This document shows, one piece after another, positions 18,840 to 27,943 of a stretch of 43,299 nt of DNA. Both the position numbers and the translations under genes were made by a program. Positions within the stretch are counted from its first letter, which is position 1. Each line of letters starts with the position of its first letter. Below the pieces are notes generated by a model that saw only the letters and a program-made list of their open reading frames with translations, had not been told where the DNA came from and did no database searches. The DNA comes from Candidatus Heimdallarchaeota archaeon. Lineage in GTDB: Archaea > Asgardarchaeota > Heimdallarchaeia > Heimdallarchaeales > Heimdallarchaeaceae. The DNA is taken from contig DAOVET010000013.1 in the NCBI GenBank assembly GCA_030668825.1, forward strand, positions 1 through 43,299, in the 5' to 3' direction.

Positions 18840-18854
18840 CAACAGGGAGGTTGA
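18840..18854. repeat. Family B palindrome, copy 5 (3-nt internal deletion)
   Basis: CAAC---AGGGAGGTTGA + tttttcctttt, between convergent hepT and vapC. Confidence 0.8.
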
Positions 18855-18867
18855 TTTTTCCTTTTAT

Positions 18868-19269
18868 CTATTTAAGCTGTAAAACATCTACATTATATTT
18901 TGTTGCTATTTTTGCTTGTTTAATATCTGAAGTAAGTAATTGTAGATTTTCTGCTAATGACAAAACTATATACAAAATATCATATACAGGAACTCTTTCT
19001 TGAATTGCAATTTTAAAAGATTCTTCAATCAAATGTTTTGATTCATGTATAACTAAAACTCCATCAAATAGAATCTTTAGAGCAGTATATTTTTCAAAAG
19101 CATCTTTTGCTTTCTTTTTATATATATAATTGTCTTTCCAGATTGCATTTGTGACCTCTATAAGAACAAAATCCAGACTTTGACCTTTCATTATATATGG
19201 TTTCACTTTTTCCCAATCTGGTTCTTGTAGTAAATATTTAGACAGAATTGAAGCATCAATTACTATCAC
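18868..19269 (-). CDS. vapC: VapC PIN-domain toxin
   Basis: IVIDASILSK, EVTNAIW, VYDILY, LLTSD. Confidence 0.9.
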   Translation of the reverse strand: MIVIDASILSKYLLQEPDWEKVKPYIMKGQSLDFVLIEVTNAIWKDNYIYKKKAKDAFEKYTALKILFDGVLVIHESKHLIEESFKIAIQERVPVYDILYIVLSLAENLQLLTSDIKQAKIATKYNVDVLQLK

Positions 19270-19486
19270 GTTCTTCCCTCACTATCTTCTTAGCTGTTCC
19301 TATAGGTGAAGAGGATGTTTTTTTTATCATTTCATGTGCTTTGTCTAATTTCTTTTTTCCTTCAATTTCTCTTATTCTTTTCTTGATGTATTCTCTTAAT
19401 TCTTCGCTCCATTCTACTTGATCTTTTAATTCTTTCATCTTTTCTCTTAATTCTTCTGGAATCTTAAACGACATGGTAGTACTCAT
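19256..19486 (-). CDS. vapB: VapB-type RHH antitoxin
   Basis: TTMSFKIPEELREKM...VEWSEELRE...IVREERD; overlaps vapC. Confidence 0.85.
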   Translation of the reverse strand: MSTTMSFKIPEELREKMKELKDQVEWSEELREYIKKRIREIEGKKKLDKAHEMIKKTSSSPIGTAKKIVREERDSN

Positions 19487-19621
19487 GGTATCACCATATA
19501 GTATACTTGTAAGTAATACTTAAAGATTTTCTTGGTAAATTTGTTTTCGGAATTTAAGAAACATGCAAAGCATTGCTTATTATTAGAAGCTATAATATAC
19601 TTTATTACATTATAATTAGTT

Positions 19622-19840
19622 ATGAGTAAAACAACGATTCAAATCGACAATGAACTTAAAGTTATGTTAGAACGACTTAAAATTCATCCTAGGGAGCCTT
19701 ATTCCGATGTCATTGCTCGTTTGCTTTTTCTTAATTCTGAATCCACTGAAGAAATCCTCAAAACATCAGACAAAGTTCAAAGGGAAAAGATTGGAGAACT
19801 TTGGGATAATAAAGACGATGAAGTTTGGAACAATGTGTGA
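19622..19840 (+). CDS. Probable RHH antitoxin without a cognate toxin
   Basis: TTIQI..ELK..L..LK.HPRE.Y.DVI.RL N-terminus; WDNKDDEVWN acidic C-terminus. Confidence 0.65.
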   Translation: MSKTTIQIDNELKVMLERLKIHPREPYSDVIARLLFLNSESTEEILKTSDKVQREKIGELWDNKDDEVWNNV

Positions 19841-19863
19841 AATTAGTGGATAGTGCTTATTTT

Positions 19864-20226
19864 CTATCTTAACCCATTAGCAACAGAAACTGAACAAAGT
19901 ATGTGTTTATCTGAATAAATGACTGCATATTGTTCATTGAGATCTAACAAAGTAAGTAACTCCATGTAGAGAGTTCTTAATTTCAGAGGATTAAGTTGAA
20001 TTAATGCTAAAGTTATGTTAGATTTCTTATCTAGTATATCGATATTACAGCCATACGAATGGTCTTCCACTAGAAATTCAGCTATTATCTTTCGCCAATT
20101 CAACACAGAACTAGATGGCTTAGATTTGTAAAATTCTAAAATGAAACTCTCTGTTTCTAGTATCCTTTCCCCATTTGAAAAGAGAAGATCAGCAATCTTA
20201 TGAATCTCATCTTGAAACCTATCCAT
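19864..20226 (-). CDS. Hypothetical protein
   Basis: 120-aa ORF filling the intergenic space; no motif recognised. Confidence 0.5.
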   Translation of the reverse strand: MDRFQDEIHKIADLLFSNGERILETESFILEFYKSKPSSSVLNWRKIIAEFLVEDHSYGCNIDILDKKSNITLALIQLNPLKLRTLYMELLTLLDLNEQYAVIYSDKHILCSVSVANGLR

Positions 20227-20302
20227 CAGTACATCAGTATGTCAAAACTATAAAAAAACCAAGAATAATTGATGTCTAGTCTCTCTTTCAAATCGTTGTA
20301 TC

Positions 20303-21169
20303 TTATTCATCAATTGTATGTATGTGTTTGTTAATCATTTTTGCAAACTCTACTACACCTGGTTTAATATGCATGAAATTGTAATCAGGAATTTCGATCA
20401 GAGTACTATTTTCTATTAAATTACATACTTCTCTTGTTTTTTCTATTCTATGATATTTATCATCTGAAGTAGTAAAAATAAAGATAGGACATTTTATTCT
20501 TTTATAATCTTCTGAAGCATTCCATCTTCTCATTTTTGAACATCTTTTCCATCTCCCAACATCAATGTTTGTTACTCGTTCATAATATACTTTCTTCTGA
20601 AAACCAGCAGCTACTCGAGTTCTGAGATATCTTCTGGCTATTCGCTTTCCAACCTTTTCTAAAAGGGAAGTAGGTAGCATAAATGCTAATTGTGTAGATA
20701 GATTAGGATAGCTCGTACGAACAAATGGTCCAATGAAAAAACAATTCTTAGGCATAACCCACTTTTGGCTTACACAATGTGCAACATAATATACTCCAAA
20801 ACTAGATCCAATGAAAATAACATTCTCTTCTTTGAGTTTTAGATAATGTATAGTTTCAACAATATCTAAGGCTATACGCTGAACAGTGCAGTGCTTTTTT
20901 TTCTTCAGATTAATAGAAGGTTTCTCTCTTGAATCTATAATAACAAGATCATAGTCTTTGTACAATTCATCCCATAGATCGGACCAAGAATAGACTCCTG
21001 GACCTAATCCTTGAATAAAGAAAATAGTTGGTTTGTTAGAACCAGCGTGTTTTGTTGAATAAAAACAAAAGACCTCTTGCTCATCAGACATGAGAATTTG
21101 CTCTTTAACTGATTCTTTTATGAAAACCATTTCTTGAGGAAATTCTTCATTTAATGAGTTAGACATCAT
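20303..21169 (-). CDS. Alpha/beta hydrolase
   Basis: FIQGLG, GSSFG elbow, IKCP, C-terminal His. Confidence 0.8.
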   Translation of the reverse strand: MMSNSLNEEFPQEMVFIKESVKEQILMSDEQEVFCFYSTKHAGSNKPTIFFIQGLGPGVYSWSDLWDELYKDYDLVIIDSREKPSINLKKKKHCTVQRIALDIVETIHYLKLKEENVIFIGSSFGVYYVAHCVSQKWVMPKNCFFIGPFVRTSYPNLSTQLAFMLPTSLLEKVGKRIARRYLRTRVAAGFQKKVYYERVTNIDVGRWKRCSKMRRWNASEDYKRIKCPIFIFTTSDDKYHRIEKTREVCNLIENSTLIEIPDYNFMHIKPGVVEFAKMINKHIHTIDE

Positions 21170-21220
21170 TTTCTTTACTCTCTAAAAGCTCATATATAAT
21201 TCTTAATTTCTGTGTATGAG

Positions 21221-22516
21221 TTAATCAAGTTTTATTTTCTTCAGTGGTGAAAAGTAAGCTATTCTTCCTCTTCCAGCCATAACTTTTCCATCTTTGATAA
21301 CATGAGAAAAATTCAACGGATCAACAACTGCTGAGATGTCTTCGAGAGGATTTTTGTCACTAATAACTATGTCAGCTAATTTTCCTTTTTCGATCGAACC
21401 AATTTTATCATCTAGCCAAATAGCACGAGCACCTTCTATAGTTGCAGCTTGCATGGCTTGAACAGGAGTCATACCTATATCATCAACCATGAATTTAATC
21501 TCTAATCCAGTATTTCCATGAAAATTCCCAGGGGTAGCAGCATCAGTCCCAATTGCAATTTTAACACCTTTATCTAAGGCTATTTGATGACTTTCTTTTG
21601 CTTTATCGTAACACTTCACAATCTTCTTCTGTACTTCAGGAGGCATCTGTTTATGAATATCAGAACTAGCTAGACAGACGATTGCTGAACGAGTAGGAAT
21701 CAAGTAAGTTCCTTTCTCAACCATCATTTTAGCGGTTTCCTCATCCAGAAAACTACCATGTTCAATAGTGTCAAATCCAGCTCTAACAGCTGCCTGTATA
21801 CCAGCATTTCCATGAGCATGGCAACCAACATGCATTCCTAATCGGTGAGCTTCTTCTCGAATCGCAACTAGTTCCTCATCGGTCCAAAGAACAAAGCTAA
21901 CTTGAGATTCCATACCATGAAGAACACCGCCAGTAGTCGCAGTCTTAATGAAATCAGCTCCAAGTTTTTTCTGATCTCTAACAGCATATTTTACATTATC
22001 AACTCCAGCTTCTATGACAGAAACTTCCCTGTCAAAATCAATTAGAGCTTGAGGACCATAAGCTTCTGAATCCCCCCACTGCCAAATTCCAGTTTCAGAT
22101 CCAACCAATCTGGGACCTGCAAAAATACCTTTATTAAGAATTCGTTTTAGTGAGGAAACAATCCCTTTGTAACTACCAGCATCTCGTACACAAGTAAATC
22201 CACTTACTAGATGTTTCTGAGCATTGTCAAGAGCTATAAGATTATACATGTCTCTCTTTGTTCTGAGGTATTCTCTTTCATATTGAGGATCACCAGTTCC
22301 ACTAAGATGAACATGACACTCGACCATACCAGGAAGGACAGTTTTTCCTGTAGCATCAATAATCTTATCAGTTTCTTCTTTCTCGAAACTTCCTTCATCT
22401 CCCACCCATGCAATCTCTTTGTTCTTAACTACTATAGTGAGATTTTCTTTTATTTTTCCTTCAATAGAATCGAAAACATTTCCTGATTTTATGACTAGTC
22501 TTGTTTCTTCAGTCAT
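21221..22516 (-). CDS. Amidohydrolase-superfamily metal-dependent hydrolase (prolidase-like subgroup)
   Basis: PGMVECHVH, GADFIK, CHAHG, TIEHG, IGTDA, GKLADIV. Confidence 0.92.
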   Translation of the reverse strand: MTEETRLVIKSGNVFDSIEGKIKENLTIVVKNKEIAWVGDEGSFEKEETDKIIDATGKTVLPGMVECHVHLSGTGDPQYEREYLRTKRDMYNLIALDNAQKHLVSGFTCVRDAGSYKGIVSSLKRILNKGIFAGPRLVGSETGIWQWGDSEAYGPQALIDFDREVSVIEAGVDNVKYAVRDQKKLGADFIKTATTGGVLHGMESQVSFVLWTDEELVAIREEAHRLGMHVGCHAHGNAGIQAAVRAGFDTIEHGSFLDEETAKMMVEKGTYLIPTRSAIVCLASSDIHKQMPPEVQKKIVKCYDKAKESHQIALDKGVKIAIGTDAATPGNFHGNTGLEIKFMVDDIGMTPVQAMQAATIEGARAIWLDDKIGSIEKGKLADIVISDKNPLEDISAVVDPLNFSHVIKDGKVMAGRGRIAYFSPLKKIKLD

Positions 22517-22644
22517 AAATTAAAGATTGTATACTAAATTTAAAGTCTTCGGGAAAAAGGATAACCTACCAAACTATCCCCGAAGGTGACATTGAGCGAA
22601 GAGATGATGAGTTCTGTTGCTAATTGTTTCCTTTATGATTATTA

Positions 22645-24045
22645 ATTGTCATGTAGTCATATTAAAGGTACAATGAATCACTTTGGAAGACACTTTTAGA
22701 ACAATTATTACGGGAGCTTTTATAGGGAATTCTAGGGAAAACTGTGATGACCAAAGTACTACGAGTAGAATGCATAGAACTCCCCTATCGCCAAGCTTTG
22801 AGTACACTTTGTCATCAAGTGAAAAATCTCTATAATCGAGCGAACTATCTGGTAAAACAATCTTTGAACAAGAAGCACAAGCTGCTAGTATACTATGATC
22901 TTAATACTTTACTCAAGGAAGAAGAGTGTTATCGAGTCCTTCCAGCTCACACAGCTCAACACACCCTTAAACTCCTTTGTAGGAATTGGAAGGGATATTT
23001 TCAAGCGAAAAAGGAGTGGAAGAAGAATTCCGCAGCGTTTTTTGCTATGCCCCACCCACCCAACTACAAGGCGAAAGATGGAGAAGTGGTGGCAATCTTT
23101 ACGAATCAACAAGCGAGACTAAGAAATGGATGGCTAGTCCTTCCTAAGAAAGTAGGGTTTTAATATAAAACCCGATTAACAGCTCGTACCAAGTTGAAAG
23201 AGGTGAGAATCGTTCCAAGACGAGTAGGCTATACCCTAGAACTAGTTTATGAGAAAGTTTTACCTAAACAACGAAAACGACTAACCAGAAAAGGAGCGAT
23301 CGATTTAGGGTCTATCAATCTAGTGACCTTTGTGGATAACCTTGGCACTCAACCAATTGTTATCAAGAATCACGGGAAAGGAATAAAGAGTATCATTCAG
23401 TATTATTTGAAAAAACAGACACAATTAAGATCACAATATGTCCAACAGCAAAGAAAACAACTGAAAAAGCAGAATAGATTAACTTATGGTCCAGCTTATT
23501 ATATTCTTCGAGAGAAATGGCGCAAAAAACTCAAAGATGCCCTCCACAAACTCACCAAGTATCTGGTAGACTTGTGGGTAGAACGGAACTTGCATGAAGT
23601 CATTATCGGCTACAATGAGAAATGGAAACAAAATGTTCATTTCTGGAAAAAGATTACTCAGATATTTGTTTCGATTCCCTTCATGAAACTCATCAACCAG
23701 CTGAAATACAAAGCAGCTGAACATGGGATAAAAATTGAACTCATCCCTGAACAATATACTTCTAAAAGCAGTTTTCTGGATAATGAGTTTCCCAAGTTTA
23801 GAGAAAAGTATGCTGGACGAAGAATTGAACGAGGATTATTTCGTTCTGCTCAAGGTTTTCTCATCAATGCTGACGTGAATGCTGCTTATAACATTTTAGT
23901 CAAAAGCGATCCGAAAGCACTGCCTAAGCGGAGTGTGAACGGGGTAGGAGGATACGTGATGTATCCACGTAGAGTGAGTGTTGACCCACAATGACCTCTA
24001 CAAAAGAAGTTCAACAACTCTTGTTTAATATGACAAGATGACAAT
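22645..24045 (+). mobile_element. Non-autonomous tnpB-only element bounded by 22-bp terminal inverted repeats
   Basis: Left attgtcatgtagtcatattaaa (22645-22666) matches the reverse complement of right tttaatatgacaagatgacaat (24024-24045) at 20/22. Encloses only tnpB. Confidence 0.7.
22747..23994 (+). pseudogene. tnpB: TnpB RNA-guided nuclease with a single in-frame TAA at 23161-23163
   Basis: The two ORFs are in the same frame. KNLYNRANY, RuvC-I AIDLG, IIGYN..WKQ, EQYTSKSSFLD, RuvC-III NADVNAAYNI. Confidence 0.9.
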
Positions 24046-24051
24046 AACTCA

Positions 24052-24423
24052 TCATTTTATTCTATATTTACCAGTAAAACGATTGTATATTCCTGGAAGT
24101 TTTCCTTTTTCTTGTAAATAAATAAACCAATGATGAATCTCTCCAGACGCCATTTGAGTACCAGTAGATGTAAACTGTTTGATAACAGAGTCATAAATAT
24201 TAAAAATTTTAATTTCATCCATATAATACGCTTCAGCAATAGCAACAGTTGTGATTTCAAGGAGATGAATTTCATCTGTAATATTGAAAAGACATCGAAC
24301 ATAAGCTCTCACAATCCACTCAAAAAATCTTTTGAATTTCTTGCTTACAAACATTTTACCGAGTCTTCCTAAAGCAAAAGGAAGAAGTATCTCTTCAAGC
24401 TCTTGGATTTCTTTTTCTAACAT
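24052..24423 (-). CDS. Hypothetical protein
   Basis: 123-aa ORF ending 6 bp from the right TIR. Confidence 0.55.
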   Translation of the reverse strand: MLEKEIQELEEILLPFALGRLGKMFVSKKFKRFFEWIVRAYVRCLFNITDEIHLLEITTVAIAEAYYMDEIKIFNIYDSVIKQFTSTGTQMASGEIHHWFIYLQEKGKLPGIYNRFTGKYRIK

Positions 24424-24581
24424 AGCTTAACTTAGTATATTCAAATATTTATACTTAGTTCATTACTACGATGAACAAGAAAATATCGAGTAAAATGATT
24501 TGAGAATCAGTTTCATTAATTTTTCATTAGTATGCCAAAAAATAGGAAAGGTTTATACATTACAAAAGGTATTAAAAAACC

Positions 24582-25256
24582 ATGTCCCCAAAAGAAAATT
24601 ATGAACCTCCTTTGAGGATTCAAATTATAATAAAGAATATTCTCATTATTATGGCTTATACGCTTATTTTAACCTTGTTTTTGGCAATATTCTGGTATCC
24701 TGAAAGATATCTTGCATTTCAAGAACATATAAGCAACTTAGGAGGAACAGTGAGCTTTACTTCATCCTTGCCAAACACCACCTCTATGATTATTATGATT
24801 GTTGGATTTGGTATTTGTAGTGCCTTAGCTTTGTCCGTATCCATCCTCTACTTTATAAATAAGGAACTACGTGGAAGAATTCCAAAAGGAATCTTGACTT
24901 TAATACTTGCTCTTGGTGCAGTTGGAATAGCTATTCCTTTTGATCATAAACTAAGAATTTTACATCTTATTGGAGCAGCATGTTTTATTGGTGGATTTGC
25001 AGCTTTCAATGCCTTTCTACAGATATCAAGTACAGTTAGAAAACACATCAAAGGATGGTCCAATGTTGGCAAAGGAGATGCCATATGGGATGTGATCCTA
25101 TCTGTAATAGTGCTTGTTATTCTAGTTGGATATTTTGTAATCTTCGCTTTAGATCAGCTAAATGTTGGTGCTGCTTTCTTAGGACCTGTTTTCCAAAAAG
25201 TAACAGTCTTTGCAATGATACTTGCGTACTATTTCATTGACAATATTGATATTTAA
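24582..25256 (+). CDS. Membrane protein, DUF998/Frag1-like
   Basis: ISNLG after TM1, H..GA..F motif, about 6 TM. Confidence 0.65.
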   Translation: MSPKENYEPPLRIQIIIKNILIIMAYTLILTLFLAIFWYPERYLAFQEHISNLGGTVSFTSSLPNTTSMIIMIVGFGICSALALSVSILYFINKELRGRIPKGILTLILALGAVGIAIPFDHKLRILHLIGAACFIGGFAAFNAFLQISSTVRKHIKGWSNVGKGDAIWDVILSVIVLVILVGYFVIFALDQLNVGAAFLGPVFQKVTVFAMILAYYFIDNIDI

Positions 25257-25307
25257 TTTACGAATGAGGAGTAAAACCTTCTCCTTTTTTTCTAATTTCT
25301 TGATAGA

Positions 25308-25685
25308 TTAATCACCTGTTGGTTTTACAGTAATATTTTCAACCATCATGATAACTGTCCGAGTAGGAGCCCTGGTTTGGTGCAATATTCTTCGAGGAAT
25401 GACAAATCCTTCCATAGGATTGAGTTCTACAGTTTGATTCTCTAAATCTATGAACAGTTTTCCATCAATTACATAGAAGAATTCATCCCCATCATCATGC
25501 TTGTGCCAGTGAAATTCTCCCTCTAATACGCCTAATCTTACAACTGAATCATTTACTCTGCAGAGAGAATAGTTTTGCCATTTCTTCTTACTCTCCTCAA
25601 TTAATTTTGGAATATCAATTAATTCAAGAGGCTTGAAAATTATTTCCATGTTAATAGCGTATTTAGCTTCTAAATCTTCTTTCAT
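25308..25685 (-). CDS. Cupin-domain protein
   Basis: GEFHWHKH...DEFFYV..G, IPR...H motifs. The start may be the second Met. Confidence 0.88.
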   Translation of the reverse strand: MKEDLEAKYAINMEIIFKPLELIDIPKLIEESKKKWQNYSLCRVNDSVVRLGVLEGEFHWHKHDDGDEFFYVIDGKLFIDLENQTVELNPMEGFVIPRRILHQTRAPTRTVIMMVENITVKPTGD

Positions 25686-25787
25686 AAGAATCTCCAGAAT
25701 TTAAAAAGACTAAAAGAATAAGAAGTTTATGTATCTCTGCTGCTAAGCATTTTTAAACACCAATTATTCTAAAATTAGTGAACAATC

Positions 25788-25925
25788 ATGGAATGTCCTC
25801 GTTGTCGAAAAACTCAGAAGAAGAGAGTAGGTATGAAGCAAGTGAAACGAAAGGGGGGATTTCATAAACAAACTAAATTTCAATGCCCAAACTGTGGGTT
25901 AGTAAAAATGATCAGAAATCGATGA
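25788..25925 (+). CDS. 45-aa CPxC/CPxCG zinc-finger microprotein (not in the ORF track)
   Basis: MECPRCRKTQKKRVGMKQVKRKGGFHKQTKFQCPNCGLVKMIRNR*; TATA-like ttttaaa upstream. Confidence 0.7.
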   Translation: MECPRCRKTQKKRVGMKQVKRKGGFHKQTKFQCPNCGLVKMIRNR

Positions 25926-25943
25926 AAAAATAGAGGAACAGAA

Positions 25944-26984
25944 ATGAAATTTATCAAGCCAAAAAAACTTCAGAAAGGAGATACTGTAGGAATCATATCT
26001 TCCTCATGGGGTGGACCAAATACTTTTCCTCATATCTATGAAGCAGGGTTACTTTTGCTAAAGGAGATGGACCTTCAAATAAAGGAGTTCCCAACTACAA
26101 AAGCAAATGCAAAATATCTTTACATCAATCCTGAAATAAGGGCAAATGATGTGAATGAAGCGTTTTTAGATGAGGAAGTGTCAGCTATTTTTGCATCAAT
26201 AGGTGGTGATGATTCTGTACGAACTCTACCATATCTGGATGCAGATGCAATTAAATCAAACCCCAAGATAGTTATGGGATATTCAGACACATCAATATTA
26301 TTGACGTATGCTAACCAACAAGGATTGGTCACGTTTAATGGCCCAAGCATCATGGCGGGATTCAGTCAAATGAGAGAATTCCCAAGTGCAATAAAACATG
26401 TAGAAGATATGCTCTTCAACACTAATGACAATTATGTGTATAAACCCTACAAGGAATATGTGGATGGATATCCTGATTGGGCAGAAGAAGGGAATACTGG
26501 TAAAGTTCATGAGAAGAAATTTGAATACTTACAATGGAGTTGGCTTCAAGGAACATCAAAGGTAGATGGGGAACTGTTTGGAGGATGCATTGAAGTTTTA
26601 GAGTTTATGAAAGGAACTGATTATTGGCCAGTGAAAGAATTTTGGGATGGAAAAATATTATTCTTCGAAACATCAGAAGAGAAACCATCTCCAGATAATG
26701 TGAAATATATGTTACGAAATTATGGTGTACAAGGGATATTTGAAGAAGTAAAGGGTATACTTTTTGGAAGAGCAAGAGATTATTCTATAGAAGAGAAAAA
26801 GAAATTGGATGAAATTATCCTTAATGTGGTAAAAAAGGAGTTTGGATATTCAGATTTACCAATTGTAACCAATATGGATTTTGGTCATACAGATCCTCAG
26901 TTCATTATGCCCTTAGGTTGCACACTAGAAATTGATTGTGAAAAGAAAAGAGTCTCTCTTTTAGAGAGTCCAGTAAGAGAATAA
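25944..26984 (+). CDS. S66 family peptidase (LD-carboxypeptidase/MccF-like)
   Basis: L.KGDTVGII, IGGDDS, GYSD, LFFETSE, DFGHTDP. Confidence 0.92.
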   Translation: MKFIKPKKLQKGDTVGIISSSWGGPNTFPHIYEAGLLLLKEMDLQIKEFPTTKANAKYLYINPEIRANDVNEAFLDEEVSAIFASIGGDDSVRTLPYLDADAIKSNPKIVMGYSDTSILLTYANQQGLVTFNGPSIMAGFSQMREFPSAIKHVEDMLFNTNDNYVYKPYKEYVDGYPDWAEEGNTGKVHEKKFEYLQWSWLQGTSKVDGELFGGCIEVLEFMKGTDYWPVKEFWDGKILFFETSEEKPSPDNVKYMLRNYGVQGIFEEVKGILFGRARDYSIEEKKKLDEIILNVVKKEFGYSDLPIVTNMDFGHTDPQFIMPLGCTLEIDCEKKRVSLLESPVRE

Positions 26985-27122
26985 ATTTCAATAGATTTCA
27001 ATTTAAAACTAGCAAATCTATAGATATTTTTTGAAACAATCCTCGCATGTAAAGAATCAGAATTACATTTCATGGCGAATTTCAGCATAAAATTCAAGAA
27101 TATTAACCAGTACTTCAGATAT

Positions 27123-27779
27123 ATGGAAGAACAGTTCTTTGATTATGGAAAGCAAAAATTACAGTTCATAATAACATCTCCAAAAAAACCATCAAAGATA
27201 TCTTTGTTGATGATTCATGGTGCTCATCGTCAGCTACAGAACGCTTTCGCTTTTTCAAAGAATATAGACACACTAGGACAAGATTTCCTTTCAGTTTCAG
27301 TTTCACTCTTAGGACATGGTGATTCTATACCAGGAGCTAAAACAATAATTGAAAATGAACGAGTCTCAATAAAGGATCAAGTAAAAATCCTCAATGCTTT
27401 TATTGGTTCAAAATTTAAAGCAAAGCAACTTGTTCTTATTGGAAGATCGTATGGAGCTAGAATTGCAATGAACCTTGCTCTTACTAACCTTTCAAAGACT
27501 CTGGGATTAGTTTTAATCTCTCCAGTAGGTTCTCATCTTTTCAAAAAAGAAACTGAACTACACACTATCCCTTTATTATTAATTTGGAGTAAGGATGATC
27601 CAATTATTCCATTCTCTGAAACGAAGATATTTGAGGAAAATTCTAAAAATTTGTCAAGACTTTATTTCGATTCTCTTCAGCAAAAAGGCGAGGAATGGAG
27701 AGCTCATTTAGCTCAATCAGAACGTCCAGATAAGGTTAATACAGCAATTCTAAATTTCGTTATGCAATTAAGCAAGTGA
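27123..27779 (+). CDS. Alpha/beta hydrolase
   Basis: MIHGA, GRSYG elbow, WSKDDP, AHLAQ. Start uncertain (27072 or 27123). Confidence 0.8.
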   Translation: MEEQFFDYGKQKLQFIITSPKKPSKISLLMIHGAHRQLQNAFAFSKNIDTLGQDFLSVSVSLLGHGDSIPGAKTIIENERVSIKDQVKILNAFIGSKFKAKQLVLIGRSYGARIAMNLALTNLSKTLGLVLISPVGSHLFKKETELHTIPLLLIWSKDDPIIPFSETKIFEENSKNLSRLYFDSLQQKGEEWRAHLAQSERPDKVNTAILNFVMQLSK

Positions 27780-27943
27780 TGGTCAAAGAATTCACTCTGC
27801 AATTACTTATGTTAATGAAAAGAAACAACAAAACTTTACTATTAAGTATTAGATAATGCAAAAAGATTCTTTGGAATTAACTAAAGTTTTCTTTTTTTTG
27901 ATGCACAAAAATTTTATCAATTACAGCTTAATATAGTCTAACA

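Noticed and set aside
563-18854. Family A or B repeats as CRISPR arrays
   Set aside because: Copies are 0.5-3 kb apart with whole genes between them; there are no 30-40-nt spacers and no cas genes.
15578-18854. Family B as simple intrinsic terminators
   Set aside because: Hairpin + T-tract suits plus-strand genes only at copies 1 and 5. Copies 2-4 have no plus-strand gene ending upstream. Disfavoured but not fully excluded.
22547-22585. cttcggg...cccgaag inverted repeat as a dif site or element end
   Set aside because: Only 7-bp arms with a 25-nt loop, single copy, and no counterpart on the other side of tnpB.
23161-23163. Programmed recoding of the tnpB stop
   Set aside because: TAA is the commonest true stop here; a nonsense mutation or base error is simpler.
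22647-24043. Tn7/CAST-type element because of TGT...ACA ends
   Set aside because: The 5-bp flanks differ (ttaat vs ataac); no tnsB/C/tniQ genes and no arrays of TnsB sites.
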